The notes: generated by a model from the sequence alone, not told the origin. Shown: positions 50,141 to 63,237, counted from the whole stretch's first letter. The stretch: 63,933 nt of DNA, filler included, from Vicugna vicugna (GCA_013265495.1; 79 parts of 75 records of this genome joined end to end with filler, not necessarily neighbours in it), one strand, 5' to 3'. Numbers and translations: made by a program.

Positions 50141-51081
50141 NNNNNNNNNNNNNNNNNNNNNNNNNNNNNNNNNNNNNNNNNNNNTTAATTAATTAANNNN
50201 NNNNNNNNNNNNNNNNNNNNNNNNNNNNNNNNNNNNNNNNACTGGCTCTCCTGAGCAGCAAGGACCCTCCAGGTCCTCCCTGGGGACCTCTACATCCTCT
50301 CCTGTGTCACTCACTCCAACCAGCTTCACTCAGTTGCTTTCTTCTCCAGGTTTTCAGTCTCCTTTTTCAGGGACTGACTTCTAAGTAGAGAAGTCATGTC
50401 AACATTAGAGCAGTAGGTTGCCAGATTCCTTAAAAATGTTATCTTTAAATAGAATCTTTAAGATCACCAGTCAACCACGAGAAAAAANNNNNNNNNNNNN
50501 NNNNNNNNNNNNNNNNNNNNNNNNNNNNNNNNNNNNNNNNNNNNNNNNNNNNNNNNNNNNNNNNNNNNNNNNNNNNNNNNNNNNNNNNNNNNNNNNNNNN
50601 NNNNNNNNNNNNNNNNNNNNNNNNNNNNNNNNNNNNNNNNNNNNNNNNNNNNNNNNNNNNNNNNNNNNNNNNNNNNNNNNNNNNNNNNNNNNNNNNNNNN
50701 NNNNNNNNNNNNNNNNNNNNNNNNNNNNNNNNNNNNNNNNNNNNNNNNNNNNNNNNNNNNNNNNNNNNNNNNNNNNNNNNNNNNNNNNNNNNNNTGGTTT
50801 CTGGAGTTGTTAGAATCAAATGAGAAAAGACTGCTCAGGAATTCTTTGAGCATCCGACCAACTGAGGTTTTGAAAGAAACCAAGGAGAATGAGAGCTACA
50901 TTATTTGTAAGCTGACTTCTGGTGTCTCACTGTTTATGTGTTTGTTTTTTTACCATCAGGGCTAAATGGAAAAATGGTAAANNNNNNNNNNNNNNNNNNN
51001 NNNNNNNNNNNNNNNNNNNNNNNNNTTAATTAATTAANNNNNNNNNNNNNNNNNNNNNNNNNNNNNNNNNNNNNNNNNNNN

Positions 51082-52476
51082 GGTCGGCAGCGCGTGGGTT
51101 CTAACGGAATGCCCATGCTCGTCTCCTCTGCGGATTTTCCTAATTTATCTGTGCCAGGGAATGCTAGGGGTGATTGCAGGATATCCCAGTGTCAGAGGAT
51201 GCCTCCCCAAGGTCAGGGAAGGTATTTCTCGGACTTCCCCGAACAGGGAACCCCTGTGACTGAAGAGANNNNNNNNNNNNNNNNNNNNNNNNNNNNNNNN
51301 NNNNNNNNNNNNNNNNNNNNNNNNNNNNNNNNNNNNNNNNNNNNNNNNNNNNNNNNNNNNNNNNNNNNNNNNNNNNNNNNNNNNNNNNNNNNNNNNNNNN
51401 NNNNNNNNNNNNNNNNNNNNNNNNNNNNNNNNNNNNNNNNNNNNNNNNNNNNNNNNNNNNNNNNNNNNNNNNNNNNNNNNNNNNNNNNNNNNNNNNNNNN
51501 NNNNNNNNNNNNNNNNNNNNNNNNNNNNNNNNNNNNNNNNNNNNNNNNNNNNNNNNNNNNNNNNNNNNNNNNNNNNNNNNNNNNNNNNNNNNNNNNNNNN
51601 NNNNNNNNNNNNNNNNNNNNNNNNNNNNNNNNNNNNNNNNNNNNNNNNNNNNNNNNNNNNNNNNNNNNNNNNNNNNNNNNNNNNNNNNNNNNNNNNNNNN
51701 NNNNNNNNNNNNNNNNNNNNNNNNNNNNNNNNNNNNNNNNNNNNNNNNNNNNNNNNNNNNNNNNNNNNTGGAACCCCTTGAAGAGAGATCCGTGGAGTTG
51801 TCTCTCGATTTCCCCACGCTCTGACAATGGTTCCGGAATTCTGAGCGTGAGGAGGTTCCACCAACGATCGGCAGCGCGTGGGTTCTAACGGAATGCCCAT
51901 GCTCGTCTCCCCTGGGGATTTTCCTAATGTCTCTGTGCCAGGGAATGCTAGGGGTGATTGCAGGATATCCCAGTGTCAGAGGCTGCCTCCCCAAATTCAG
52001 GGAAGGTATTTCTCGGCCTTCCCCGAACATGGAACTCCTGTGACTGAAGAGAGATCCGTGGAGTTGTCTCTCGATTTCCCCACGCTCTGACAATGGTTCC
52101 GGAATTCTGAGCGTGAGGAGGTTCCACCAACGATCGGCAGCGCGTGGGTTCTAACGGAATGCCCATGCTCGTCTCCCCTGGGGATTTTCCTAATGTCTCT
52201 GTGCCAGGGAATGCTAGGGGTGATTGCAGGATATCCCAGTGTCAGAGGCTGCCTCCCCAAATTCAGGGAAGGTATTTCTCGGACTTCCCCGAACAGGGAA
52301 CACCTGTGACTGAAGAGAGCTGCGTGGAGTTGTCTCTCGAGCTCCCCCACGCACTGACAATGGTTCCGGAATCCTGAGCGTGGGGAGGTTCCACCAACGG
52401 TCGACAGCACGTTGGTTCTAACGGAATGCCCATGCTCGTCTCCCCTGGGGATTTTCCTAATGTCTCTGTGCCAGGG
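51082..52476 (-). repeat. Satellite family A including near-identical 266-bp variant monomers
   Basis: Same text at 51878 and 52144 (period 266). Confidence 0.95.
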
Positions 52477-52576
52477 NNNNNNNNNNNNNNNNNNNNNNNN
52501 NNNNNNNNNNNNNNNNNNNNTTAATTAATTAANNNNNNNNNNNNNNNNNNNNNNNNNNNNNNNNNNNNNNNNNNNN

Positions 52577-53389
52577 TCCTGTGACTGAAGAGAGTTACGT
52601 GAAGTTTTCTCTCGTGCTCCCCCACGAACTGACAACATTTCCGGAGTCCTGAGCGTGGGGATGTTCCACCAACGGTCGGCAGCGCGTGGGTTCTTACGGA
52701 ATGCATAAGCTCGTCTCCCCTGAGGGTTTTCCTAATATCTCTGTGCCAAGGAATGCTATTGGTGATTGCAGGATATCCCAGTGTCAGAGGCTGCCTCCCC
52801 AAGTTCAGGGAAGTTATTTCTCGGACTTCCCCGTACAGGGAACTCCTGTGACTGAAGAGAGCTGCGTGGAGTTGTCTCTCGAGCTCCCCCACGCACTGAC
52901 AACGTTTCCGGGATACTGAGCGTGGGGAGGATCCACCAACGGTCGGCAGCGCGTGGGTTCTAACGGAATGCCTAAGCTCGTCTCCCCTGAGGATTTTCCT
53001 AATGTCTCGGTGCCAGGGAATGCTAGGGGTGATTTCAGGATATCCCAGTGACCGAGGCTGCCTTCCCAAGATCAGGGAAGGTATATCTCGGACTTCCCCG
53101 AACAGGGAACTTCTGTGACTGAAGAGAGCTGCGTGGAGTTGTCTCTCGAGCTCCCCCACGCACTGACAACGGTTCCGGTATCCTAAGCGTGGGGAGGATC
53201 CACCAACGGTCGGCAGCGCGTGGGTTCTAACGGAATGCCTAAGCTCGTCTCCCCTGAGGATTTTCCTAATGTGTCTGTGCCAGGGAATGCTAGGGGTGAT
53301 TTCAGGATATCCCAGTGACCGAATTCTCGGACTTCCCCGAAAAAGGAACTCCTGTGACTGAAGAGGGATGCGTGGAGTTGTCTCTCGAG
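52577..53389 (-). repeat. Satellite family A, about 3 monomers
   Basis: gtgggttct at 52686, 52953 and 53220 (period 267). Confidence 0.95.
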
Positions 53390-53489
53390 NNNNNNNNNNN
53401 NNNNNNNNNNNNNNNNNNNNNNNNNNNNNNNNNTTAATTAATTAANNNNNNNNNNNNNNNNNNNNNNNNNNNNNNNNNNNNNNNNNNNN

Positions 53490-54518
53490 GAATTTAGTTT
53501 ATAGAATACATAATACTGAATATAGAATTTAGAACAGAATGTAGAACACATAATTTAGAATAAAGAATACAGAATGCTGAATATAGAATTTAGAATATAG
53601 AATCTAGAACACAGAATATAGAAAATAGAAAATAGAATATAGAACCCAGAATTTAGAACATGGAATGTAGAACACAGAATTTAGATNNNNNNNNNNNNNN
53701 NNNNNNNNNNNNNNNNNNNNNNNNNNNNNNNNNNNNNNNNNNNNNNNNNNNNNNNNNNNNNNNNNNNNNNNNNNNNNNNNNNNNNNNNNNNNNNNNNNNN
53801 NNNNNNNNNNNNNNNNNNNNNNNNNNNNNNNNNNNNNNNNNNNNNNNNNNNNNNNNNNNNNNNNNNNNNNNNNNNNNNNNNNNNNNNNNNNNNNNNNNNN
53901 NNNNNNNNNNNNNNNNNNNNNNNNNNNNNNNNNNNNNNNNNNNNNNNNNNNNNNNNNNNNNNNNNNNNNNNNNNNNNNNNNNNNNNNNNNNNNNNNNNNN
54001 NNNNNNNNNNNNNNNNNNNNNNNNNNNNNNNNNNNNNNNNNNNNNNNNNNNNNNNNNNNNNNNNNNNNNNNNNNNNNNNNNNNNNNNNNNNNNNNNNNNN
54101 NNNNNNNNNNNNNNNNNNNNNNNNNNNNNNNNNNNNNNNNNNNNNNNNNNNNNNNNNNNNNNNNNNNNNNNNNNNNNNNNNNNNNNNNNNNNNNNNNNNN
54201 NNNNNNNNNNNNNNNNNNNNNNNNNNNNNNNNNNNNNNNNNNNNNNNNNNNNNNNNNNNNNNNNNNNNNNNNNNNNNNNNNNNNNNNNNNNNNNNNNNNN
54301 NNNNNNNNNNNNNNNNNNNNNNNNNNNNNNNNNNNNNNNNNNNNGAATTTAGAATATGGAATACAGAATACTGAATATAGAATGGAGAACATTGAGTGAA
54401 GAACACAGAATTTAGAATATGGTATACAGAATACTGAATAGAGAATTTAGAATATAGAAAATAGAACACTGATTAGAGAATATAGAATAAAGAATACTGA
54501 ATATAGAATTTAGAATAT
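53490..54518 (+). repeat. Satellite family E (gapped)
   Basis: Heptamer array. Confidence 0.92.
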
Positions 54519-54618
54519 NNNNNNNNNNNNNNNNNNNNNNNNNNNNNNNNNNNNNNNNNNNNTTAATTAATTAANNNNNNNNNNNNNNNNNNNNNNNNNN
54601 NNNNNNNNNNNNNNNNNN

Positions 54619-55378
54619 CCATTCATCTGGGTGGAGTGGGGCTGCACATCTCTCCCACACCCAGGAATGTGTTCTGGAATTCTGACTTCAGGGAAGTTCC
54701 TCCAACTGACAGCAGCGCCTGGGTTCTAATTGAATCCCTTTGCTTGTCTTCCCTGATGGAAAGCCTAGGCGGGAGTGCGTGGGAAAGTGTGGTTTGGGCT
54801 CCGAAACCAAGTATTTGCGATAATGGTTTGTGGAGGTGTTTAAACTACATCCCTAACCTGGGAACACCTGGGCCCCATAAAGATCCGTGGAGTCTGTTTC
54901 CACACCTCCAGCACACACACGAACACTTGCACAGTTATCCTGAGAGTGGGCAGCCTCCTCCAACTGAGAGCAGGGCCTTGGTTCTTATAAAATCGCTTAA
55001 CTTGTCTACACTGTTTGGTTGCCTGATACGGAGTGCTGGGGAAAGGGTGGGTTGGGTTCTAAATCCAAGTATTAGAGAGTGCTTCTCCATGCGATTTGGC
55101 GGTTATTAACCAAAAACCCACAACATGGGAATACCTGTGCTCCTTGAAAAATGCGTGGACTTTGTATCCCCACCAGCTGAACACACATGCACAAATGTTC
55201 TGTTATCCTGAGTGTGGGCTGGCACTTTCAGGTGACAGAAGCGGCTGGGTTCTAATAGAATCCCTTAGCTTGTAATCCAAGAGTGTTTCCCTAGGACTGA
55301 CACTGAGAGAAACCTGGGGGTTGGTCTTTGAGCCCAAATAGTAGCGAGTGCCCCCCGATGGAGTGAGGAAGTATTTAG
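54619..55378 (-). repeat. Satellite family B, about 3 monomers
   Basis: Overlaps five other B fragments in register. Confidence 0.92.
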
Positions 55379-55478
55379 NNNNNNNNNNNNNNNNNNNNNN
55401 NNNNNNNNNNNNNNNNNNNNNNTTAATTAATTAANNNNNNNNNNNNNNNNNNNNNNNNNNNNNNNNNNNNNNNNNNNN

Positions 55479-56322
55479 TGTTTATTCTTGCTTTTATTTC
55501 TATTGCTTGGGTAAACTGCCCAAAGAGAACATTGCTGACATGTATGTGAGATAATGTTCTGCCTATATTTTCTTCTAGAAGTTTTATTGTTTCTTGTCTT
55601 AAGTTTAAGTCTTTAAGCCATTTTGACTTCAGTTTTGTGTATGGTGTGAAGGAGTATTCTAGCTTCACTGATTTACATGCAGCTGTCCAATTTTCCCAAC
55701 ACCATCTGCTGAAGAGACTGTCTTTATTCCACTGGATATTCTTGCCTCTTCTGTCAAAGATTAATTGGCCAAAAATTTGTGGATTCATTTCTGGGCTCTC
55801 TGTTTGGTTCCATTGATCCATTATGTCTGTTTTTGTATCAGTACCATACTGTTTTGATTACTTAGCTCTATAGTATTGTCTGAAGTCTGGGAGGGTTATT
55901 CCTTCAGCGTTGTTCTTTTTCTTCAATAATGCTTTGGCAATTCTGGGTCTTTTGTGATTCCACACAAATTTTATTATGATTTGTTCTAGTTTGGTGAAAT
56001 ATGTCCTGGGTAATTTGATGGGGATTGCATTAAATCTGTAGATTGCCTTGGGCAGTGTGACCATTTTAACAAAATTGATTCTTCCAACCCAGGAGCATGG
56101 GATATCTTTCCATTTTATTAAGTCTTCTCTAACTTCCTTAATCAGTGTCTTGTAGTTCTCCATGTATAAAGTCTTTCACCTCCTTGGTTAGATTTATTCC
56201 TAGATATCTTATTATTTTGGGTGCTATTTTAAAAGGGACTGTTTCTTTACTTTATCTTCCTGTTGATTCATCATTAGTGTGAAGAAATGCAATTGATTTT
56301 TGTACATTAATCTTGTATCCTG
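55479..56322 (-). mobile_element. LINE-1 ORF2 fragment downstream of the RT core, disrupted
   Basis: [38 protein letters not shown] and [23 protein letters not shown]; frameshifts and a stop at ~55820-55865. Confidence 0.96.
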
Positions 56323-56985
56323 NNNNNNNNNNNNNNNNNNNNNNNNNNNNNNNNNNNNNNNNNNNNTTAATTAATTAANNNNNNNNNNNNNNNNNNNNNN
56401 NNNNNNNNNNNNNNNNNNNNNNGCACTGACGGGACCGGATGCAGAAACGCAGGGAAGCAGCGCTGTGAAGACGCTCCAGACCCCCTTCGGGCCCCACCTC
56501 TCCGCGTTCCGCCTGTCCTTTTACTAGAAATGCCCCTATTCCCTGAAATAGAGGAATCTGCTTCCTAAACATGGGACACAGAGAAGGGAAAGAGGAACAG
56601 GAAGGGAAAGTAAAGGAACAACAGTTCATCTAGACCCTAGGGTCAGGGCGGGACTTTCACCAAACACACAACCTCTCAAAAACAACTTCTCAAGCACAGA
56701 GCACACAGTAAGAGGCTGACAGAGTGACTGCGACTTCTTCTCCTTAAACACCAGCTGCCTGCCAGCACACGCTGCGCCCGTTACTGAATCATTACAATCA
56801 TCTCAGAAACTATTAATACCCCGGCTGACAGACATGGAATTCTGAAACTCGGGGAGGAATTATTATCATCCTGGACAAAGTCCCANNNNNNNNNNNNNNN
56901 NNNNNNNNNNNNNNNNNNNNNNNNNNNNNTTAATTAATTAANNNNNNNNNNNNNNNNNNNNNNNNNNNNNNNNNNNNNNNNNNNN

Positions 56986-57863
56986 CTCCACGCAGCTCTC
57001 TTCAGTCAGAGGTGTTCCCTGTCCGTGGAAGTCTGGGAAATACCTTTCCTGACCTTGGGGAAGCAGCCTCGTTCACTGGGATATCCTGCAATCACCCCTA
57101 GCATTCCCTGGCAAAGAGACATTAGGAAAACCCTCAGGGGAGACGAGCTTAGGCATTCCGATAGAACCCACACGCTGCCGACCGNNNNNNNNNNNNNNNN
57201 NNNNNNNNNNNNNNNNNNNNNNNNNNNNNNNNNNNNNNNNNNNNNNNNNNNNNNNNNNNNNNNNNNNNNNNNNNNNNNNNNNNNNNNNNNNNNNNNNNNN
57301 NNNNNNNNNNNNNNNNNNNNNNNNNNNNNNNNNNNNNNNNNNNNNNNNNNNNNNNNNNNNNNNNNNNNNNNNNNNNNNNNNNNNNNNNNNNNNNNNNNNN
57401 NNNNNNNNNNNNNNNNNNNNNNNNNNNNNNNNNNNNNNNNNNNNNNNNNNNNNNNNNNNNNNNNNNNNNNNNNNNNNNNNNNNNNNNNNNNNNNNNNNNN
57501 NNNNNNNNNNNNNNNNNNNNNNNNNNNNNNNNNNNNNNNNNNNNNNNNNNNNNNNNNNNNNNNNNNNNNNNNNNNNNNNNNNNNNNNNNNNNNNNNNNNN
57601 NNNNNNNNNNNNNNNNNNNNNNNNNNNNNNNNNNNNNNNNNNNNNNNNNNNNNNNNNNNNNNNNNNNNNNNNNNNNNNNNNNNNNNNNNNNNNNNNNNNN
57701 NNNNNGAGACGAGCTTAGCATTCCGTTAGAACCAACGCGCTGCCGACCGTTGGTGGAACCTCCCCACGCTCAGGATTCCGGAAAAAATGTCTGTGCTTGG
57801 GGGAGCTCGAGAGACATATCCACGCACCTCTCTTCATTCACAGGAGTTCCCTGTTCGGGTAAG
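56986..57863 (+). repeat. Satellite family A (gapped)
   Basis: Family A monomer text. Confidence 0.92.
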
Positions 57864-59650
57864 NNNNNNNNNNNNNNNNNNNNNNNNNNNNNNNNNNNNN
57901 NNNNNNNTTAATTAATTAANNNNNNNNNNNNNNNNNNNNNNNNNNNNNNNNNNNNNNNNNNNNCCCAGGGCAAGCGCTGACAGAGCTGCACTGAGGGGAC
58001 ACCCTGCTGCATGGAACCTTGGGGAACTGGGGAGTCCCAGAAAACAATAAAAATTTTTCGGTGAAAAACCAGCTCAAATATATTACACTGTGTCGCATCC
58101 TTTTAGCAGGGAACATGACTGAGACCTTTTTTATGCCTCCGTGTCCTTTCTGCCATCATCAATTATTTGCCCTCTCAGCGCGACCAGTGATGAACTGGAC
58201 CCCATATGAAGTGCACTCAGATGGTAGAGCTTTTAAAGCTGTTTTATGAAGTTTGTAAGACTCTGTCTATGCCTCACACAGGCGGTCATCCATCACTTCT
58301 CACCGGTGTGGACGTACCACCTGAAATCACTCCTTTCTGCTTTTTAAAATCCCTTCATCTAATCCAGACTTTTCAACAGCAAAGNNNNNNNNNNNNNNNN
58401 NNNNNNNNNNNNNNNNNNNNNNNNNNNNNNNNNNNNNNNNNNNNNNNNNNNNNNNNNNNNNNNNNNNNNNNNNNNNNNNNNNNNNNNNNNNNNNNNNNNN
58501 NNGTGGACTCGGGTCTGACCTACTCAGAGAGCTCCCATCCTCACATCTGGGAGTGGGAGAGGACCCTGCTGTTGGAGGAAATCAGTGAGGAAGGCAGAAA
58601 TCCTCCAGCCAGGTCTGGTCTGGTAGATGTGCCACAGCGTGCTCAGAAATTATACCGTCAGCACCACTGGGCTCCCATGGACNNNNNNNNNNNNNNNNNN
58701 NNNNNNNNNNNNNNNNNNNNNNNNNNTTAATTAATTAANNNNNNNNNNNNNNNNNNNNNNNNNNNNNNNNNNNNNNNNNNNNCATTGTTCCTGGCACCAA
58801 GCATTTCCCATGGCGATGGTCTCCAGTACTCAGACACAGTGCTATTTGCAGCCAATAACCTCCATTCGACCTTGATCATCTACCTGCCACACCTACCAGG
58901 CTTCACCATACAGGCAGGAAAGCTGGATTTCAAGTGCATACAAAGCCACCCTGGTTTAAGCTGGACTGTTTATCAGCTTTTCCAGCATAAAGGCAGCCAT
59001 GAAAGTGCTCACAGTTTGTACATGAGCCACACTACNNNNNNNNNNNNNNNNNNNNNNNNNNNNNNNNNNNNNNNNNNNNNNNNNNNNNNNNNNNNNNNNN
59101 NNNNNNNNNNNNNNNNNNNNNNNNNNNNNNNNNNNNNNNNNNNNNNNNNNNNNNNNNNNNNNNNNNNNNNNNNNNNNNNNNNNNNNNNNNNNNNNNNNNN
59201 NNNNNNNNNNNNNNNNNNNNNNNNNNNNNNNNNNNNNNNNNNNNNNNNNNNNNNNNNNNNNNNNNNNNNNNNNNNNNNNNNNNNNNNNNNNNNNNNNNNN
59301 NNNNNNNNNNNNNNNNNNNNNNNNNNNNNNNNNNNNNNNNNNNNNNNNNNNNNNNNNNNNNNNNNNNNNNNNNNNNNNNNNNNNNNNNNNNNNNNNNNNN
59401 NNNNNNNNNNNNNNNNNNNNNNNNNNNNNNNNNNNNNNNNNNNNNAAATTACTAACCCATGACAACACTTATCTGTTTTTTTTAACTTGAAAAAATGATA
59501 TTAGAATTCTTCAGGAATAATAAAGTATAATACAAGCCAAGAAATTTAGGNNNNNNNNNNNNNNNNNNNNNNNNNNNNNNNNNNNNNNNNNNNNTTAATT
59601 AATTAANNNNNNNNNNNNNNNNNNNNNNNNNNNNNNNNNNNNNNNNNNNN

Positions 59651-60845
59651 ACCGTTGGTGGAACCTTCCCACGCTCAGGATTCCAGAACCGTTGTTAGAG
59701 TGCGGGGGAGCTCGAGAGACATCTCCACGCAGCTCTCTTCAGTCTCAGGAGTTCCCTGTTCGGGGAAGTCCGAGAAATAAATTCCCTGAACTTGGGAATG
59801 CAGCCTCGGTCACTGGGATATCCTACAATCACCCCTAGCATTCCCTGGCACAGAGACATTAGGAAAACCCTCAGGGGAGACGAGCTTATGCATTCCGGAA
59901 GAACCCACGCGCTGCCGACCGTTGGTGGATCCTCCACACACTCAGGATTCCGGAACCATTGCCAATGCGTGGGGGAGCTCTAGAGAAAACTCCACGCAGC
60001 TCCCTTCATTCACAGGAGTTCCCTGCTCGGTTAAGTCCCAGAAAAAACTTCCCTGACCTTGGGGAGGCAGCCTCGGTCACTGGGATATCCTGCAATCAGC
60101 CCTAGCATTCCCTGGCAGAGAGACATTAGGAAAATCCTCAGAGGAGACGAGTTTAGGCTTTCCGTTTGAACCCACGCGCTGNNNNNNNNNNNNNNNNNNN
60201 NNNNNNNNNNNNNNNNNNNNNNNNNNNNNNNNNNNNNNNNNNNNNNNNNNNNNNNNNNNNNNNNNNNNNNNNNNNNNNNNNNNNNNNNNNNNNNNNNNNN
60301 NNNNNNNNNNNNNNNNNNNNNNNNNNNNNNNNNNNNNNNNNNNNNNNNNNNNNNNNNNNNNNNNNNNNNNNNNNNNNNNNNNNNNNNNNNNNNNNNNNNN
60401 NNNNNNNNNNNNNNNNNNNNNNNNNNNNNNNNNNNNNNNNNNNNNNNNNNNNNNNNNNNNNNNNNNNNNNNNNNNNNNNNNNNNNNNNNNNNNNNNNNNN
60501 NNNNNNNNNNNNNNNNNNNNNNNNNNNNNNNNNNNNNNNNNNNNNNNNNNNNNNNNNNNNNNNNNNNNNNNAGCCTCGGGCACTGGGATATCCTGCAATC
60601 ACCCCAAGCATTCCCTGGCACAGAGAAATTAGGAAAACCCTCAGGGGAGACGAGCTTAGGCATTCCGTTAGAACCCACGTGCTGCCGACCGTTGGTGTAA
60701 CCTCCCCACGCTCAAGATTTCGAAACCATTGTCAGTGCGTGGGGGAGCTTGAGAGACAACCCCATGCAGCTCTCTTCAGTCACAAGGGTTCCCTGTCCAA
60801 GGAAGTCCGAGAAATACCTTTCCTGACCTTGGGGATGCAGCCTCG
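59651..60845 (+). repeat. Satellite family A (gapped)
   Basis: accgttggtgga at 59651 and 59918 (period 267). Confidence 0.93.
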
Positions 60846-62394
60846 NNNNNNNNNNNNNNNNNNNNNNNNNNNNNNNNNNNNNNNNNNNNTTAATTAATTA
60901 ANNNNNNNNNNNNNNNNNNNNNNNNNNNNNNNNNNNNNNNNNNNNAAAGGAATAAAAAAAGAAATAACACTGCATTCTTTTCAGTGTTCTGTGTACTGAA
61001 AGTCACTTGCAAATGCAGCACCCTGACACAGGTCCACATTTTTAACAATAAAGTCCTTTGCGCAATTTTTCAATTGCTATGTGGCTTTGTGTAAGTCTCT
61101 CACTCAGAAGCAGAATGGAGCACCAGAAAATGACACATCATGTCTAAAACTACAGATGTGGAAGATGAACGTGCACCAGGAAACAGCTAAGTTGGAGGGT
61201 AGGGTTTACCTTTTAAGTTACCGTAAGTGCAGTTACACCTGCTCCCTGCTTTCCCTGTGTAGTGAAGAACTAGTCTTTTCCAGGAAACCTCTCATTCTGA
61301 GAAATGTCTTCTTTAAAAATATTCGGAGATCCTTTTTTAACGTTCTTTCACTTTTAAGGATTTCCCCAACTCTACATCCACTAACAAGTGTTAAAATTTT
61401 CCAATAGCCTATTGCTACAGAACATACTCTACAAAAGCTGAGGTTTCCCAGGGTTTGGATCCCAGAACTCTGCTACCAGATAATCCTAAAGNNNNNNNNN
61501 NNNNNNNNNNNNNNNNNNNNNNNNNNNNNNNNNNNNNNNNNNNNNNNNNNNNNNNNNNNNNNNNNNNNNNNNNNNNNNNNNNNNNNNNNNNNNNNNNNNN
61601 NNNNNNNNNNNNNNNNNNNNNNNNNNNNNNNNNNNNNNNNNNNNNNNNNNNNNNNNNNNNNNNACAATGCCCCTAGTGAGGGTTGCCTCCTTCAAACAAT
61701 CAAGATGCCATCACCAAGCAAATATTTAAACCTACTGCGAAACTTCTGAATACATCTTGCAAACAATATAGTTTCTATAGAGGCATACTATTNNNNNNNN
61801 NNNNNNNNNNNNNNNNNNNNNNNNNNNNNNNNNNNNTTAATTAATTAANNNNNNNNNNNNNNNNNNNNNNNNNNNNNNNNNNNNNNNNNNNNCTCACGTG
61901 TAGACACGGCCTCCCAGACCACACAGCGGGGCAGCACAGGTCTCGGGAGCAGGAAACAGCAGGCGAGGAGATGTAGGAGAAGGTCTTTATGTGGGACAGG
62001 ACCATCCCCAGCGCCCCTTCTCCGCTCCCTCGAGCCTCACGATGGCCCAGAGACAGGCACCCACCTTCAGTCTCATCTGTGCTTCTGTCTCCTGCCTTCT
62101 CACCCGTTCATGTGTCTGGATCTGACTCTCGACTGCGGGGCCACATACATCTGGTGAGGGGCATGTCAGCTGGTCACCAGTTCTTCATGACCCACTGGAA
62201 AAGGGCTACAGACCAACCCAAGCCTATCTTGGGGAGGCGGGCCGTGGGTGCGGAGACTCGGAGCCATGCCGTACTCTTCCTTTCATGTGCTGGTTCACTC
62301 GGCGGTTTTGAGGAGGTGGCTAGAATGTGCCAGCTGGGCTGGCTGCCGAGGAGACACAGATAGTACAGAGTCCATCTCACCTTGTGTCGAGCAT

Positions 62395-62530
62395 CGTGCT
62401 AAATCCTTTATTAATTCACTTAACCCGAAGAGCCTTATGTTATTATTATCCACTTAAATAAGGGAGTCAGAAAAATTAAGTGACCTTCCCAGATGGAAGA
62501 GCGAAGAATCAAACCCATATCTGACTTTCA
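62395..62530. mobile_element. MIR SINE remnant
   Basis: tattattatccactt...aaattaagtgaccttcccaga...aatcaaacccatatctgact. Confidence 0.55.
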
Positions 62531-62648
62531 GTCACTCGGAATCGCTTGNNNNNNNNNNNNNNNNNNNNNNNNNNNNNNNNNNNNNNNNNNNNTTAATTAA
62601 TTAANNNNNNNNNNNNNNNNNNNNNNNNNNNNNNNNNNNNNNNNNNNN

Positions 62649-62900
62649 TTATATAGTGTTATTCCCAACTCAAAAGAAACTGGGTGTTCCCAAGAAGCTA
62701 GGTGATTGACTGCTTTCACGCACACTTAAGTCTCAGAATAGAGCATTTTAAGATACGTTCATTCATCTAGCATAAAGGGAATGGGTTGCATTAGAAACAC
62801 TTACTCTGGTTTCTCAGTTTCGTTCCTAGTGCTGGTTTGAATTTCATGCAGTTTTCACTGTAAAGTCGACTTGGAAATATTACCTCCCATATATATGTAT
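62649..62900 (-). repeat. Satellite family D, one monomer
   Basis: Aligns to 5440-5610 and 5726-5930. Confidence 0.85.
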
Positions 62901-63237
62901 NNNNNNNNNNNNNNNNNNNNNNNNNNNNNNNNNNNNNNNNNNNNTTAATTAATTAANNNNNNNNNNNNNNNNNNNNNNNNNNNNNNNNNNNNNNNNNNNN
63001 AGTTCAAAAGCAAGGGCCTGAACCTTGCCTATTACTTGTTTTAAGTACAGTAAGAATAACTGTAGACTAGGGTACTGTGGATAAATGAAGGCCTGCTTGG
63101 ATATGTTGTATGTAAGTTATATTTTCAAAAATTATTANNNNNNNNNNNNNNNNNNNNNNNNNNNNNNNNNNNNNNNNNNNNTTAATTAATTAANNNNNNN
63201 NNNNNNNNNNNNNNNNNNNNNNNNNNNNNNNNNNNNN

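Noticed and set aside
55423..56163. Two L1 ORF2 ORFs as an active reverse transcriptase gene or novel retro-system
   Set aside because: Ordinary LINE-1 fragment with frameshifts and a stop, lacking the catalytic core in this piece.
58783..59035. Possible exon or ERV-L integrase remnant
   Set aside because: Minus frames contain several stops and I could not match diagnostic motifs in the frames examined.
61081..61407. 108-aa ORF as another ANKRD26-family exon
   Set aside because: I could not match it to any motif I recognise; a BLASTX search would be needed.
842..61695. Long ORFs containing X runs in the supplied track
   Set aside because: Their length comes from N gaps translated as X; there is no coding evidence.
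653..63193. TTAATTAATTAA repeats with variable intervening sequence as a CRISPR-like or cassette array
   Set aside because: Always embedded in exactly 44+44 N, only 12 nt long, intervening pieces are 0.1-1.9 kb of mammalian DNA, and there are no cas or integrase genes; it is a bioinformatic linker.
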